DNA of 64,000 nucleotides from Centroscyllium fabricii (GCA_051313645.2 JBNRSN020000002.1:166904001-166968000); one strand, 5' to 3'. Shown: positions 13,538 to 28,496, numbered from the stretch's first letter. Made by a program: numbers and translations. Notes: generated from the letters alone by a model not told the origin.

Positions 13538-13691
13538 CTGTGCCTGGATCTAGCCTGAATTTCTCTGCACCAGTTCCATGGAGTGTGTAAGTGATTTCTG
13601 CATTTGAACGAATATCTGCATCGTCGGCAAACACCACAAGGATTAGTTTGGCAGAAGGAACATCCTCCGCAATAGTCTCGGTGTATAGTGT
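13538..13691 (-). CDS. FAT1: FAT1 exon (exon 12 equivalent), absent from ORF track
   Basis: Hand translation [51 protein letters not shown]; tag/gtgaga; 154 nt. Confidence 0.94.
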
Positions 13692-14064
13692 CTAAAAAGA
13701 AAAATCATGTACAATATATTGCTTTGAGTAATTTTCCAATTCCAGGCCTACTCCTGCTCCTAATTCCTATGTTCCTCCCCCACCCCCCCCCACCGCAAAA
13801 AAAACCTTGAAATAATGGCGGATGACAGAGACATGGAAGAAAGATGCTGCTGTAGTTTCGCATATTTTATAGATCCACTGTTAACATTGAAAATCTTTTA
13901 AAATCCTACTAAATCATTTATTTCTATTGTGCTGTCAACCTTTTTCAGCCATTTGTTTCCTCTCTTGCCACCAAATAGTCACCCTTAGCGGACAACTGCA
14001 CTGGCGCAATGGCATGAAGCTATATAGTCTTATGTCACTAAAGATCTTATTGTAACACAGTGGC

Positions 14065-14428
14065 TATTTTTAATACAAGTTGATCTCCCATGGCATTGCA
14101 CATGGAGAATTGAAATTAAGTGTATGCTTCAGGTCAAGTGGGACTGAAGAATGGGGGATAATTGGACCAGGGTGTGTTGATGTAATTCAGTCCTTATTTT
14201 AAAGTCATACATTCTGTCCTTATTTTCTATATTTTTATTATGAATTTCGATATCCACATTTATAATGCAAGCTGCTCATATAAACCTGACCCATTACAAT
14301 TAGACCCTCCTTGCAGTAATGGCACTGTAATGCATCTACTAGAGGGAGGGTACAATTACACTATGGTAAATTTACATAGGTAGTATCTATTATAAATGTG
14401 AACACAGGAATTTATAATGGAATAAGTT
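14065..14428. repeat. Ancient hairpin-plus-tail interspersed repeat, copy A
   Basis: Alignable by eye to 49830-50190; right half is an imperfect palindrome. Confidence 0.7.
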
Positions 14429-14749
14429 GACAGCAAGTGGATGCAGGCATAAGATATAATCTATATTTCTGTCTATCAAGAACTATCATTTGACATAACT
14501 GTATAATTCCAATGCTAAGATAACCTTTCATACCAACACCCATAAAATTCTGCTCACGTGCTTTAAGTGTATGTGCTGAGGTACTGCAGACATAGATCAA
14601 TAGAAAGTAATCCACATGGAACAGAAAATTGCAAACATGTGTGGATTTATGTTGCTTGCTGACCTTTTGCTGAAATGTGAGGCTGATTTCAACAAGGCTA
14701 AGTAGGTACCACACTGTATCTCAAGAATGTTTGATCATAAATTGAAGCA

Positions 14750-15230
14750 AAGGTAATTCTAACCTTGTATACGTCACATTTGGGATATGGTGTACAACTT
14801 TGGGCACCTACCTTCTGAAGGACATGATGAATTGGATCAGGATTAGAGAAGAGTCCCAAGGATGATTATTAGACTTAGCACTACAAATTATAAGAGCTGA
14901 TCTTATTTTCATTGAAGAAGATTGAGAGGGCCTTTAAAGTGCTGATAATGTAGAGGAAAGCTAATCTATAAGCAAATGGCATTGTGTATTTTTGTACATA
15001 GGAATACAATTAAGAAGCCTCAAGTGAAACTACAAATGAGTAGAATTTTCTTTCACCGAGAATAATGGATATGGGGAACAGATGAGCAGAAAAAAGTGAA
15101 TACTTAGTTAATTGACACCCTTAATGTAGAGCTGGAGAAATACCAGGTAAAAAAGAGGATTCAAGTTGATGATAAAGCAAACAGTTGAAGGAATGGACAA
15201 TAGGCTAAACAGTCCTTTTCTTGCACCACA
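14750..15230 (+). mobile_element. Highly decayed CR1/L2-type RT 3' fragment
   Basis: Remnant of the RPHLEYCVQFW coding motif (cgtcacatttgggatatggtgtacaactttgg). Confidence 0.55.
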
Positions 15231-16364
15231 CTTTCTTAATTACTTCTGAGACGAGAGGGTATGTGTCCTTGAGGCACAGGATTCATCAATGATCAGAAAA
15301 ACAGAGTAATAATAAAACATAGCATGCAAGCATTTCCTGACCCAAGGGGACCTTCTCTATGGCTTGGCACAGCAAAGCAGATTTAAATGAGACAATAGTT
15401 TTGCTGCAACACTGTACTTTCTGTCTCCCATCTTTATCACCTCAGTAACGGTGGACGTAACTGATATTTTATACAACAGGCATCTGATATTGCTGTAGTC
15501 AAACATAGGCACAGGCCAAAGAGGGTTTAAATGGCCACAACAGCAGTTTAATGGAACAAGTGCAATTTGTGATTCTGAATGGAGGCCGCTGTATGGTAAC
15601 AGATGAGGATGCGGCCTGGTCCTTGAACTTGTTGCAGCCATTGGAACCCTGCAGCTGCAGTCATCTCCCCACCATCAATATTTGCAAGATCCCCAGTTGA
15701 GGCTGAAAAATGGCTGGGAATCCCCCAAATTTGGCTTTGGGTCTCATTTAAATGTTGCCGGCAAGCTGTGGGTGCTCAATGGGCACCCCAGTTGAGTCTG
15801 GGTGAAGGGGCAGAGTAGGTGATTCCAAGTGTCTCAAATAAGTTATTTTGTGCGCCCAAGAGGTGCCACTCCTCCTTCTCCTCTGCCCTCAAAAGTCAAA
15901 TCTGGAAATTTCTTTGGCTGTTTTTTGAGCAGCCTCCAGCAGTCCCTTGAAGGATTGCTGGTTAGGTTGCACAACACCTGGTAATTTAGGTAGTGTGTGT
16001 GGGGTGTACATTCTGCTCACTTGTACCTGAATATTACATTTGGGATCCTACAACTGGATCTTGATTTGCACATTTAAAGAAGCTTAACACCTGTTCGCCC
16101 CTGGTTAACTAAAAATTGGCCGAGCTAATACGGTGTCCAGTGCATTTCCAGCACAGTTCAGACGCGTCAGATTACGAGGTAAAATTTTGAGTTCTAACCC
16201 CGATATAACACCGGAAAAACAGGCAGTTGAGAGTTCAATTTTGCCTCTTAGTACAGAAATAGATTAATATCAAGCATTGATCTGGCTAAAACAAAATTTT
16301 CAATATAAAAACAAGAAAATCCCTGGCTAATTATGATAACATTTTTCTTGGCTAACTCAAACAT

Positions 16365-16670
16365 ATAGAAACATAGAAACTAGGAGCAGGAGTAGGCCAT
16401 TCGGCCCTTCGAGCCTGCTCCGCCATTCAATGAGATCATGGCTGATCATCCAAACCCAGCACCCCGCCCCTGCCCTCTCCCCAAATCCCTATCGAGCCTG
16501 CATCGACACATATCCAACCCTATCCCCATATATTCAATCCCCCTAACAATAAGGGTCAATTTATCATGGCCAATCAACCTAACCCGCACATCTTTGGACT
16601 GTGGGAGGAAACCGGAGCACCCGGAGGAAACCCACGCAGACACGGGGAGAATGTGCAAACTCCACACAGT
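16365..16670 (-). mobile_element. V-SINE, 5' truncated, long CR1-derived tail
   Basis: Near-identical to 1549-1860. Confidence 0.88.
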
Positions 16671-17423
16671 TAGTACCTGAGTTAATAAAAATGCTAAGAG
16701 CTGTATAAAAATGAATAAAATTGACCATTAATTCAAAGAGAGATGAATCAAGAATGTTTTCCGACTGGGAGAAGAACAATAAAACACAACCATTGATGGG
16801 GAGAAAAACCATGCCCGTTCATCTGGAGCAGTGACTCATCCTGCACAGAATCACAGGAGAGAAGGAACATGTAGCTTTTGATAAGCTACAATGAGCAAGC
16901 CTCTTGTAAATGTGCTCTCTGTGGTTTATTCCACTGGGTAATGCATCTGTCTTAATGTATGTGGTGGATAAATGCGTGAGAATGTTTTTCTTGTTGTTTT
17001 CATCACGTGTGTCATTAACTTTCTATGAATCCAATCCAGCACCTTGTTTACAGAATTACTCACAGCTGAGCAACACCATCTGCTTGATCCATCTGATTTA
17101 CGTCACTTAGCCAGATTTAAACACTCATGTAACCTTTTAAAGGCTGAATTTACTTTGTCTAGTTTCCTTCATTACTATTTCTAAAAAGACAATCTGTAAA
17201 ATAGCAAAGCTGAACCTTATAAAGGCAGTACAAATTCACTGAATACATCTTTTAAAATAAAAATGATCTAGTACTGTAAACTCTAAAAATCAGTAGAAAC
17301 TTCTTTCCCCAGAGAATGAGTAGAACGTGGAATTCACTAGCACCAGGTGTAGTTCAGGAGAACAGCACAGATGCATTCAATGGGGAAGCTAGATAAGCAC
17401 GAAGGAGAAAGGAATAGAAGGAT

Positions 17424-18243
17424 GGGGGTGATTTTGCCAGCCCTAGGGAGGCGGAACTGCCGGGAAAATGGCAGAATCTGGGGGCAGGTGCCCAACCCGC
17501 CTCCGTGCCATCTTCCCATGTGGTGGGTAGCCGACCCGCACTGGGATCCGCCTCCTCGAGGCGGGAAGGGGATTAGTGCCAAGTAACAGCCTGTGAACAG
17601 GTAGTTAACAAGCAGTTTTTTGGATAATCCCTATTTTTCCACCTAAAGTATGGGCTTCCCAACGGCTCCGAACCTCGCCACGGTCAGTGAGGTGAGCCGT
17701 GGGTCTGTGGGGGTCGGAGGGGCCAAGATGTCTGGTGTGCAGGTGAGTGGTGGGTGAATGTGTGTAGAGGTAAGTGTGTGAGGTGAGTGTTGAGTGTTTT
17801 AAAAGCTTTACTTACCTTTACTTCTTCCTCCAGGCTTCCTCCCTTCAGATCTCAGGAGTCCCTCAGCTCACCGACACAGAAAGCAGAATGGCCACTGCAT
17901 TCTCAAATGCATCAGCCTTCTTGCTTTCTGTTCAGGAAGGCTTTCTAATTCAGTCTTGAGTAAAGACAGAACTTAGAGGACAGATTGTCAGTGTTTGACA
18001 GCTTCACAGAGCCGTCAGACAAGGACATTTCATCTGTTAAAAAGCTTGACAGATGAAACGTCACTCGCTGACATCACCAGTAACCGGCTTTCCCTTAATT
18101 GGCCTGCTTAGCCCGCTGGGCGGGTTTAACAAGTTCAATCAACAGAAAATAACGTGGGTTGGCCACAAGTCAATGAAGGCGGGACTAAAGCCCGACAATT
18201 GGGAGTCTGCCTCCAAAAGCTCCCCATTGAGAAAATCCAACCC
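17424..18243. mobile_element. Non-autonomous DNA transposon (PIF/Harbinger-like) splitting a CR1 3' fragment (about 17290-18360)
   Basis: GGG..GATTTT / AAAATC..CCC termini; 3-bp duplication GAT; CR1 3' end resumes at 18244. Confidence 0.65.
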
Positions 18244-18418
18244 GATATGTTGATGGGGCTCGATGGAGAGAGGTGGGAGGAAGCTCGAGTGGAGCATAAA
18301 CACCGGCATGGATCGGTTGGGTTGAATGGCCTGTTTCTGTGCTGTAAACACTTTGTAACGCTGCAATGTAGCTTTCAAGAAATAAGAAATTATTGACTGT
18401 TTTATTGTGCAAACACTT

Positions 18419-18663
18419 AATCATAGAATCCCCACAGTGCAGATAGAGGCCATTTCGGCCCATCGAGCCTGCACCGACACATATCCCACCCTATCCCCGT
18501 AACCCCACATATTCAATCCCCCTAACACTAAGGGTCAATTTATCCTGGCCAATCAACCTAACCCGCACATCTACTGTGGGAGGAAACCGGAGCACCCGGA
18601 GGAAACCCACGCAGACACGGGGAGAATGTGCAAACTCCACACAGATCGTCACCCGAGGCTGAA
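18419..18663 (-). mobile_element. V-SINE (HE1-like), 5' truncated, short tail type
   Basis: Reverse complement matches 51700-51946. Confidence 0.88.
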
Positions 18664-18800
18664 TTTAATGTGACTATATAAGATTTTTCACTCTGCTATT
18701 CTAACAGAGGTATCAAGCCTTAGTTAAAATAATGGAGAAAACATGTTTGCATCAAATTCCTAAGTATTTGTACAATAATTGCTACCCGTATAACACTTAC

Positions 18801-18997
18801 CTTTTCACAAATAGGACTGTTATCATTTGCGTCAAGAACTTTAACTTCGACTACTGCTTTGGCCACTAAAGACCCATCAGTAGCTGTAATGTTTAAAAGG
18901 TAATGATCCTTCTTCTCTCTATCCAAAGACTTCCTGACATAAACCTTCCATTCATTCTGAATGTGCTCAATGGCAAATTGTCCCAGAGGGTCTCCTC
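18801..18997 (-). CDS. FAT1: FAT1 exon (exon 11 equivalent)
   Basis: GDPLGQFAIEHIQNEWKVYVRKSLDREKKDHY...DANDNSPICEK; cag/gtaagt; 197 nt. Confidence 0.95.
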
Positions 18998-19052
18998 CTG
19001 AAAATTAATTTAAAATTGATATTAAAGAGCATTGACATACTAATGTGTTTAT

Positions 19053-19509
19053 AAACAAAGAAAGACTTGCATTTATGTAGCGCCTTTCACGACCACCGGA
19101 TGTTCCAAAGCACTTTACAGCCAATGAAGTACTTTTTGAAGTGGAGTCACTGTTGTAATGTAGGAAATGCAGCAGCCAATTTGCGCACAGCAAGCTCCCA
19201 CAAACAGCAATGTGATGATGATCAGATAATCCATTTTTGTTATGTTGGTTGAGGGATAAATATTGACCAGGACACCGGGGGATAACTCCTCTGCTCTTCT
19301 TCAAAATAGTGCCATGGGATCTTTTACGTCCACCTGAGAGAGCAGACGGGGCCCTCGATTTAACATCTCATCCGAAAGATGGCACCTCTGACAGTGCAGT
19401 ACTACTTCAGAACTGCACTGGAGCGTCAGCCTAGATTTTTGTGCTCAAGACCCTGGAATGGGACTTGAACCCACGACCTTCTGACTCAGAGGCAAGGGTG
19501 CTACCCACA
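19053..19509 (-). mobile_element. DeuSINE (SacSINE1/AmnSINE1-like Deu domain, tRNA head)
   Basis: Box B gggttcaagtccc; Deu-like block gtaaaagatcccatggcactatttt; tail ataaatgcaagtctttcttt. Confidence 0.8.
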
Positions 19510-21821
19510 GCAATAGCTACTGCTTACTCATTCGCATCTATTGCTACTTTTAGCTCATTTGATAAAAATCGAAGCAAAAATTTTGATCCATATTGAAAAC
19601 ATGTGTAGCATCTGCTGCTGCATAAATTTGTCAGCAGTCAATCTGGTTGAATACCACCAGAGGTTTAGAGGAGGTTGTTCCAGTAACTGAGCCTACTGAA
19701 ACAAAACTTTATTTTGAGGTGATAATAAATGGCTGTCCAGCAACTCTTAGTGTGTGAGCCTAGATATTGAATTTCAGCAGGCTATTTGACTGTGAAGAGA
19801 TATTGGCCAAGTCCAACCTTATCACCAAACATGTTGACACATGCACTTTCCAATCAGGGTGCGTGGCGAGAGGATACACAAGATAGTGATCAGTAGTTAG
19901 ACCCATGATTGAATTTCGCCTTTCTAGCTCAGAAACGCAGCTTGACAATTGCTACCCTATCTGAGATCAGTTGCCTTAGCATAGACTGGCAATCAAGCAT
20001 GGACATCCGATGTGCCTGGCCAAGTGCTGCCTTTAATGGCACCTTTACCTACTTGCCATTGGAAAAGGTCCAATAAGCAAAATCTGATAAAGTAATTAGA
20101 AAAGGCAATCATTTCTACTGCCCAAAATGTGCTTTGGTTTGCTAGAGGTGACATCAAATCAATAAATTCTTACTAGATTTCACCTTCCGTTTCTACTTTA
20201 ATATGAAGCAGTGTTATAAATTTAAAGCTGGCTGGTAGCGGTTCCCCAATTTTAGATTCTAACGATAATCTCTGTAGAGACTAAAAACAAAGCCCTGTGA
20301 TTGTGGGCTGGGGCCTGTAACAATAAAATCGATTGTTGCATAGGATTATTTACACCTAGGGGCTACACCATGAAAAGGGATGCTAAATCAAATAATTTTA
20401 TCTGGACAAATTCTTTGCAGTAAGAGACACAGATCTTTGTACATGGCGTAATTACTGACACATTACTGCGCGTGCAAATGAACCTTGCTTCCCATCAAAG
20501 CTCTCCGTACAAATCAATTACAATTGATCAGTAACTCTACCTACACTGTCTCTGTCTCAATAATGTACTCGCTATTGGGAGAGTTCCATGAGCAAAATCC
20601 AATAAGTAATCAGAAAAGGCTAACAGACTAACCTTTACAATGCCAATCCAATATAGCTTAACATCACCAGCTAAATATAAAAATACCCCCGTGCAATGTA
20701 AATAAATGGATACCAGTGGAACAAAACTGATTTTGCATTATTCAGAACAGAATCTATAGCAATGTACACAAAAATTGTTTCCAAACTAGTGGTGAGGTTA
20801 ATGGCCCCAATACAAAGCACTTCTATGGCCATCTGTCAGTCCATCATTTTGGCAGCAATTTATTGGAAAATATAATAATATAATGAAGCAATAGCATACT
20901 CCATATTTTTATCTCAAAGAAGGTTCATTGTTAACCAAATACAAGACTAGAAAATTAACCAACAATGACAAAAATGTTCAGTGGAGAAATAAGTGTTGAT
21001 GGAAGGAACAGTTCAACTAATCAAACTACACAGGTATACAATCCTTCCTGGAAAGTTGGAATTTTGCCAATTTTCCAGTTTATTTTTAACTAAACTGACA
21101 TTTCAGAGAAATATTTAGGGTAGAGGGACAGATTTCTAGCATTCTTTTAATCAGTCACAAATAATAGAATTAACAAGTTTTACCACTATTCAACATAATG
21201 GCCTGGAATTTGCTGAATGCCATAAATTAGACAGCTGTGCTTCCTGATCTTCCAGTGACAAATTTACACAAGTTGCTGAAAAATAACTAAGAATATCCCG
21301 CAACAAGCATAGTGCTGGATCGGGAGCGGTGTGGCCAATGGCCAAAATAAGAACCCATTGCAATGTGATGCTACTCGGGCCAGGAAGTGTTTAAAACAGA
21401 TGTTTGAAGGTTGAACTTATGGGCAGAAAAAAAGCACAAATTCAAATTAGAGAGAGCTGATTCGCCTGAGGGACTGTTTTTATGTCTGGTTAGTTCATTA
21501 GATGGAACAGTCATAATTTCCTGGAATTTCTGCACCATAATAATGGCAGAGTCACCAAATTCTATCCCATTGTTAAAGTTAAGTGAAGTTGTTTGCTGAG
21601 CTTTGTATTGCTGAAGCAGTCAGCTTCTAAGCAATAGTTCAGTAATAGTTTTGGACTCATCTACATTGAATTTAGGTATGTCTATTTTCCAAACTTAAAA
21701 AAAAATCTGATTACATAAAGCAACTTGTCAATTGCGTTGTAAAACTATGTGTTATAAAGTTCGGAGGTAGATTGCTATGGGTTAGACTGCTCCAAAGACA
21801 CACACAGTTTATATCACACAG

Positions 21822-22265
21822 GGAGGTGGAAATTCTTTTAGGCTTAGTTTCAGGCCAGAAATGGGCGCCGTGCACAAAACGTACCTCCCAATCAGGAGGC
21901 CCGAGGCCGGCCCAAAATTGGGCCTTGGCAATGTTCCCTTTAATTTTTGGGGGGCTACGTGGCCCATTCAAAATTCCGCACACGTGCGTTTTTTTCCAAT
22001 TTAAAAACCGACTTAACGGCTGCGTGGGACTGCCAGAGCACAGCTTAAAGGGAACATTGGCCTCGGACCCAATTAGTACTATTTGGATAAACTGCCATAG
22101 GCAATGTGCCCATTTAAAGACGCTGAATGTCAAGGCGCTTGCCTCCCCGGGCTGGACGTTTTTCAGGCGTACTTTGAGCACGGGATGCTGGTCCCCGAAA
22201 TTGGCCCTCTGCACCCATTTTAAGGGCTCGAAATGGCGGGTGCAACAAAGGTCCAATTTCAAACC
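21822..22265. mobile_element. GC-rich palindromic MITE
   Basis: ggtggaaatt...aatttcaaacc imperfect termini in AT-rich intron. Confidence 0.5.
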
Positions 22266-22561
22266 AAACTCTGAAAGGAACTCCAGGACTCTCAAAAGGG
22301 ATGGATTTATCAAGTCTGGCAAAAATCAAATAGATTTGTTACTACAATGTAAAGTTTCACAGATAAACAAAATGCCATGATTTAAATTCATTTAAATCTA
22401 GTGGCGAGGCATGGGGAATATAACCTTCACAATTTCTTAAATGTCAGTTACTCAAAAAAAAAATACATTCAGCTTTTACGAGTAAAATGTTAATATGTAT
22501 AGTTGTCAATATCTGCACAAAGCACCTGTAACATATTACTCTATTTTGACAAAGTCCTTAC

Positions 22562-25500
22562 CTGTAATGTAGCAGGTCACTTGTCTATTGACTTCTTCAG
22601 TATCAGCATCTGTAGTACTCAAGATAGCTATCACTCCACCAGGTGGGTCATCTTCACTCACAGTCCCTTTGTAGACCTCAGCAGTAAAGCGTGGAGGGTT
22701 GTCATTCACATCAGTAACAGTGACATCCACCACTGAAGAAGTGGACAATTGTACCTTTTCTCCATGATCAGATGACACTATTATGATGTTATATTTCTTC
22801 TGTTTCTCATGGTCTAATTCTTTGAGAGTTGTTATCCAACCTGTTTCGCTGTTAATAGTGAAGAGTTCCAGCATTTGATCAAGCTCCTGAGATTGAGCTA
22901 AACTGTAAGTCACCTGACCATTGGCTCCAGAATCAAGGTCGATTGCTTTTACCTGAATTACTGTGGTTCCTTCAGGAAGGTTTTCCACAACAAAGGCTTC
23001 ATATGGGTTAGAGTCAAAAATGGGTTTGTTGTCATTTTCATCTTTCACTTGAATACTTACATCCACGAAAGAGACTACTTCATGTTCCTCAAAACGATAT
23101 TGTGCCATAACTGTAATCTGGTACCATTTAGTTGTTTCATGATCAAGTTTCTTTTCAGTTTTTAACCTCCCAGTGTTGCGTTCTATGGCAAATATTTCAT
23201 CCATGTTACTTTCAGGGGTATTTCCCTTCACAAGATTGTAGACCAATGGTTGATCACTTTCTGCTCTAATTAAATCAATCTCGGTTCCAAGGCTGATCTC
23301 CTCAGAGACTGTGAATGTATAGAAGGGTTCTGGAAATTTTGGAAGTGGAACTTCAGGTGGGAGTATTCTAACATAGACAGGAACAACAGACTCCTGCTGT
23401 GGAACACCACCATCTTTAGCTCTGACAAAGAAAGTATAAAAGTTGTTTTCTAGTCCAACTAGGCTTTCTTTGGTGCTAATGATCCCAGAAAATGAATCAA
23501 TTTGAAGGTTTTCTTCAACATTGTCAGAATCTGCCTCAATGGTGTAGACAATGTCTGCATTACTACCTTCATCGGCATCTGATGCTACAATCCTAATGAC
23601 TGAAGATCCTTTTGGAGCATACGACCCAATGTTTACCTTATACTCTGCAGCTCGGAACTGAGGCATATTATCATTTTCGTCAGTGAGTATAACATTGATA
23701 TTGCAGAAAGCCACTTTACCACCACCATCTTTTGCCATCATACTGATAGTGACCACCTTCTCTACAGGGTTCTCACGATCCAATTTCTCCGATGTGAAAA
23801 TTTTTCCTTTCTGATCAACAGAAAATTTGTCTCTTGCAAAGTCATTAACAATGAAATAACTTATGTGCCCATATGTACCAGGGTCTTCATCTGTTGCTTT
23901 TACTTCAATCACCAGGGTACCAATATCAGAATTTTCAGCCAATTCTACTTCATAATCAGTTTGATCAAAAGCAGGATTATGGAAATTAGCAGTAATAATG
24001 CTTACCTGAACTTTTGCTGAGCTTCTAAAAACACCATCTGATACAGATACACTAAGATTGGAAACGGCCTCCAGATTCTGCTTGTGCAAGTTTGCAACAG
24101 TAATAATGCCAGACTTACTATCTATTGCAAAATTCATACGGTCATTGCCAGACACAATTGAATATCGAAGTTTCTCCACGTCGGAAGTATCTGCATCAGA
24201 GGCCTGCACATGTGTTACAAAATGCCCACGGGTTACAGGCTCACTTACGGAGGACTGGTACAGCAATTCGTTGAACAATGGTGGGTTGTCATTCAAATCA
24301 GTGATGTGCACAGTCAGAATAATGTCACTACTAAGTTGAGGTTTTCCACTATCCAAGGCTCGAACAAGGAGGTTATACTGTTGAATCTGTTCATAATCAA
24401 GCATCCGTGCTGTCAAAATGAGGCCACTGGTGCTGTCAATGTGAAAATATTCTGAACTTTTGGTCTCATCTTCTACCAATTGGTAGTAAAGAACTTTATT
24501 CACTCCAGAATCTGAATCCGTAGCAGTGACCTGGACCACTGATGTACCCACCACGGAAGCCTCAGATAGAGTGGCAGTGTATTTCCTCTCTGGAAACACT
24601 GGAGCATTATCGTTAACATCTTCTACCACAATATCAACAAATACCTCAGCGTGAGATCCAGTTAGTGAGTCTGTTGCTCTTACAGTTAACTTATAAGCTG
24701 GATGTGTCTCAAAGTCTAGCGAGCTAATTACATTGATAACTCCAGTGTTGAAGTTGATTGTAAACTGATTGAAAGGATCTCCATCTGTGATGCTGTAAAT
24801 GACACGAGGACCTTCTGGACTGTTAGCCTGTACATATACGACGGGAGTGTGCAGCTGAATATTCTCAGGTATCTCAATACTGTAGAATGGCTTTTCAAAT
24901 ACAGGCATGGCTTTGTTTATAAGAGTGATGGGCACTTCAACCTCTGCAGAAAGTGATACCTCGCCTCCATCTTTTGCTACAACAATAATAATATACTCCA
25001 CATTTGACAGGTTGAGTTCAAACATCTTCTTTAGGGATATTTCTCCCGAAGGTTCTACCTGAAAATGTTCATGGTGTTCTTTAAGATAATAGTAAACTTC
25101 TCCATTTTTTCCAACATCCTTGTCTATAGCAGTGACTTGGCGAATGACATGGCCTACTTCAGCATCAACCTGGACTACAGCATAATAAGGCAGGTTGACA
25201 AAAACTGGAGCATTGTCGTTAATGTCTTCAACAGTAACCTTCACAACAACATGAGCAACTCTTGATGGATTCTTTTCTTCGCTAACTTCAACCACTACAT
25301 CGTACACGTCCTGCTCTTCACGATCAAATGGAATTCCTGTAGTTGCAAGAACACCTGAAGTGTGACTTATTTTAAACTTTCTATCAGGGTTAAGGATATG
25401 GTAAAATAATGGTTCATTAATTTCATTGCCCATTGTAGTAATAATGGCAATAGTTTTAACTTCTGTAGAGTTTTCCTTTACCACAGCAGAGTATGAGCTT

Positions 25501-26632
25501 TGTGTGAATTTCAGGTGGCTTTCTTTGCTTTCTTTTATATTTATTCGCACTGAAGTTGTGCTTGAAAATCTGCCGTCACTAGCTCTAACTGTAAGCTCAT
25601 ACCTGCTCCTCAAATGAGTAGTGTTGTGCACGGAAATAAGTCCTGTCTTCGTATAAATGGAGAACTTCTCACCTATGTTACCATCAATTATGGAATAAAT
25701 TAGATCTGCGTTTGAACCAGAGTCTGCATCTGTGGCATTTACAACAGTCACTTTCACTCCTTTATATGTTGGCACAAGCAGAGACGTCTCATACAAATCC
25801 TGAACAAATACCGGAGGGCAATCGTTTACATCAATCACATGAATGGTAACATTTGCTGCATGTTCTGCAAACAACTGAGAGTTTCCACTGTCATGTACTT
25901 GAACAGTGAAATGAAAAATATTGGTCTGCTCATAGTCTAGTTTCAACACTGCACGAATCGCACCTGTGCTGGAGTCAATAGCAAAATATTTCTGGGCAGA
26001 TGATTCAGTAATCTGATAAACCAGAAGAGCGTTGGATCCTTCATCAGCATCTGTAGCTTGAATCACCAATGGAGTATTTTTCTCATTCAGAACAACATTG
26101 TTGATATGGGCAGATTCACTAATGATTCCTATATACTCTGACTGAGTGAAGACTGGCATGTTGTCATTTTCATCTTGCAGGTGTATCAAGACCGAGATAT
26201 TGGTAGATAAGCCAGCCATATTCGTAGCTTGAACTGTAAGTCGGTAAGAAGCCAGTCTTTCATTGTCAAGCGGCTTTTGAGTGATTATGACTCCAGAGTT
26301 AGGGTTGATGTTAAATGCACCATCTGTATTTCCATCTTTTATTTCATAAACAATAGACGATTGGCTGGATGCAGTTACCAGGGTGACAAAACTACCAATG
26401 CCGCCCCCTTCACTTATCTCTGCATAGTACTCTTTTACTGTAAACTTGGGTGCTGCATTATCTGAAATGGTCACAAAGATGCGAGCAGTAGTAATAGCAC
26501 TCATTGGAGGCTTTCCTCCATCAGTTGCTTTGACTAGAAGTTCATACTGCCTCCGTGTACTACGATCCAGACCTTTTGCAACTATAATAGTACCCAGCAC
26601 TGGATCAATGACAAAACTGTTGCCAGCATTTC
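22562..26632 (-). CDS. FAT1: FAT1 large exon (exon 10 equivalent), about 13 cadherin repeats
   Basis: 1354-aa ORF with repeated DxNDNxPxF, LDRE/LDYE and AxDxD motifs; cag/gtaagg; 4071 nt. Confidence 0.97.
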
Positions 26633-28389
26633 CTGTGAAAACAAATATGCATATATGTTAACACCAAATTAGAATATATACATATAGATTATAGACATGT
26701 ATTGGTGAGATATATCAATACAGTGGGGTAGTAGTTGGTCATCATTGTGCTGGTTACCGGATGGAGAAAGGGACAGCATCCTCCAGCAGTTTATTTAAGA
26801 ACCGCTGGTTTGGCTGCTAAGCGCCTGAAGAAACTGACAGCAACATGTATCGCGCATACTGCAGTCATTTGTAATTGAATCCTGCAAAGGGGCCTGAAAC
26901 ATATGCAAAGAGCTTAACCTTCCAGACATGCAACTTGGACATCTACAGAGAAGCGCTAAACAGCATGGCAGACGGCACACTTTTGGCGAGGAATGAGCAT
27001 GCATACTCTGCTCGCCGCATTGGACTGTTAGCCGCCCGTTTTACACTTGTAAAATGTACGCAGCACGGTCCAATTTCTAGGCCCTTGCTTCTTCGGTCAC
27101 AGTTTAAAGAGATGACATAAAATATTTTTTTCCTCAAATCTCTAATAATTAAAATAAAAAGGTTATTTAAAACGCTTAACAATGCCTTCTGAATGCTTGA
27201 TCTCTTGCACACTAGCCAAACTCTTCATCTAAAGTGAGTAATGTAATTCACAGCTCACACCTCTCAAGCGTGGCTAGACTGTTATCATGTTTTGTTATAT
27301 TATTAAAACCATAACCTGTTTTTTCTCCCAGACAGTAAAGTAACTAGAATTTGGTTAAATCACTCAGTCAGTTAACTGATTCAAGATTTTAAATTTTATG
27401 TTGAAAAATATATATTAGCTTATTTAACAAGGAAATCTCACTTAACACTTCACTACTTGGTAGTTTTTGCATTTAAGAATTTCTCTCTTCCACACAAACC
27501 CAAACCGTCTCATAAATAATAGCCCAAAGCATTCCAGACATCTGAGGAATGTGCTTGCAATATAGTTACCACCCCCAATATCATTGTTTCTTGTATAAAA
27601 TACAATGCTGGGAAAATAGAAAAATATGTCTCCATAGGTTAATGTGCCAATTAGATTCAACACAACACAATCCAATTAGATTCAACACAACACAATCCAA
27701 TTATTTATACTGATTAGAATATATGTATAAGTAAAAAAATAGAAAACTAGGTACATTTGAGCGGTAATTTAACAAATTTGCACGACAGACATGACATTTT
27801 GTGCTGCGGGCTGGGGTGCATATCAGCAATTTGGATGTGAAAGCTCCCTAAGACTTTTCATTCATAATGGACACATGGCCGAATTCCCCACACAAAACCG
27901 GCCAGTTACAGCGGAGCGTCCATTTAGGGCCACAGCTCGGAAATAAAATTTAAATATGACCCAAACCTGAAAATAGTTTGAACCTCCCGAATGTGGCCTT
28001 GGGAAGGGTGGGGTGGGGTGGGGGGGGGGGGGAGAGACACATAGCCGATATCAGGCCTATTTTGGACCCAACTTGAAAATCTCCCCCATTGTGTTCTGCC
28101 AGCACTATTTGCTTTCATTTCAACCTCCTACATGATTATTTCCTCTTATTTTTTAATTTCTCAACTTTTTTGTTTGTGTGAGTCTCCCATGCACTTTTTC
28201 CACATTATTTTGTTTTTAATGCCTTTCCATTGCCTTATTATTGACCTTTTTTCGAACAGTTTTCTATCAAGCAGTTTACAGATTATTCAGCCTATTAAAC
28301 TCCCTCAATGTGATTGGAGTATATTTTATTTTCCCCATCCCTCTTCTATTTGTTCCAAACTTACTAAAATGCTTACTTATGATCTTTTG

Positions 28390-28496
28390 GTTTACAGCTC
28401 TGATGAAGGGCATGCAGCTGAAACATTAGCCTGTCATTTCTCTTTACAGATGCTGACTGACTGGTTGGGTATTTTCCAACATTTCCTGTTTTATTC
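28390..28496 (+). mobile_element. Penelope-like fragment with hammerhead core
   Basis: CTGATGA (28400-28406)...GAAA (28420-28423), then cagatgctg...tttcca block shared with 55607-55740 and 59701-59765. Confidence 0.6.

Noticed and set aside
21711-22380. Opposing ORFs of about 200 aa
   Set aside because: They overlap a GC-rich MITE and have no protein motifs or compatible splice structure
27648-27704. 25-bp tandem duplication (similar 22-bp case near 50385-50428)
   Set aside because: Ordinary slippage duplications with no sign of function
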